From: an uncultured candidate division Zixibacteria bacterium
GTDB taxonomy: Bacteria > Zixibacteria > MSB-5A5 > RBG-16-43-9
DNA: 64,000 bases
Assembly: GCA_963713865.1 (NCBI GenBank)
Contig: OY970208.1
Coordinates: forward strand, 1,251,422 to 1,315,421
Direction: 5' to 3'
Both the position numbers and the translations under genes were made by a program. Shown here piece by piece: positions 61,209-64,000 of this stretch. Each line of letters opens with the position of its first letter. Positions within the stretch are counted from its first letter, which is position 1. Below the pieces are notes generated by a model. It was not told the origin of the DNA, searched no databases, and was given only the letters and a program-made list of their open reading frames with translations.

Positions 61209-61493
61209 ATGCATTTCGTATATATAATCCAAAGTTTAATGGATGACAGATACTATACGGGATACACTATAGATTTAAAAAGGAGATTAGAGAGACATAA
61301 TTCAGGATACTCAAAGGCGACTAAGAAGAGAAGACCTTTTAAGTTAGTTTATTGTGAGAGTTATCAGAATAAAAGTATAGCAATAAAAAGAGAGTATTTC
61401 CTGAAAGGCAAAATCGGAGGATCAACTAAGAAAAGTTTAGTTGAGAATTTTCCGAAGGAGGAATTGGTAAGGTATTTGAAGCTGGTAATATAA
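61209..61493 (+). CDS. GIY-YIG nuclease family protein inside the rRNA spacer
   Basis: FVYII...YYTGYT.DLKRRLERHN...TK.RRPFKLVY.E...AIKRE..LK. Confidence 0.9.
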   Translation: MHFVYIIQSLMDDRYYTGYTIDLKRRLERHNSGYSKATKKRRPFKLVYCESYQNKSIAIKREYFLKGKIGGSTKKSLVENFPKEELVRYLKLVI

Positions 61494-61527
61494 TGGGAGA
61501 GCGCCGGTTCGATCTCGGTTATCTCCA
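61494..61527 (+). pseudogene. tRNA-Ala remnant (direct repeat lacking the anticodon arm)
   Basis: TGGGAGAGCGCC joined directly to GGTTCGATCTCGGTTATCTCCA, matching two parts of 61121-61193. Confidence 0.8.
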
Positions 61528-61642
61528 AAAAATAGTAGACAGTAGATAGTAGACAGAATATAGGAATTGTTTCATAGATATTTGTTCTTTGACAATTTAA
61601 TAGAGAATTAGGGTGAGCATCTTTTAGATGCTACAAATTTCG

Positions 61643-64000
<2,358 letters not shown>

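Overview
Bacterial chromosomal window. The lineage is probably candidate division Zixibacteria, inferred from five secreted proteins ending in paired dockerin-like GDxNxDGxVSxxDxVYLINYLFKxGPxP repeats; classifying the 16S gene would settle it. Host genes include an M48 peptidase, a sugar ABC transporter, a LysM-L,D-transpeptidase, an S11 peptidase, DUF1611, a DUF6754 membrane module, HD-GYP, nurA/herA, tldD/pmbA, csp, ogt, uvrC, an M6 protease, tRNA-Thr and an rRNA operon running off the right edge. Main finding: phage head-morphogenesis and lysis genes (prohead protease, scaffold-like, decoration protein, HK97-type major capsid protein, head-tail adaptor-like, GH73 lysin, holin-like) lie on the + strand in canonical phage order but are spread over ~49 kb between host genes. 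They share repeat-rich leaders, and no integrase, replication or tail genes are seen, so this is a candidate domesticated GTA-like or capsid system. Other notable points: two protein-coding genes sit in the 16S-23S spacer; a 15-17 bp mini-palindrome occurs in REPs and in both rRNAs; a RAYT+SIR2 insert splits nurA-herA; 7-8 bp microrepeats follow the direction of transcription; six +1 frameshifts all map to GTTCTGG, probably a systematic sequencing error. All product calls come from motif recognition by eye; no database searches were run.
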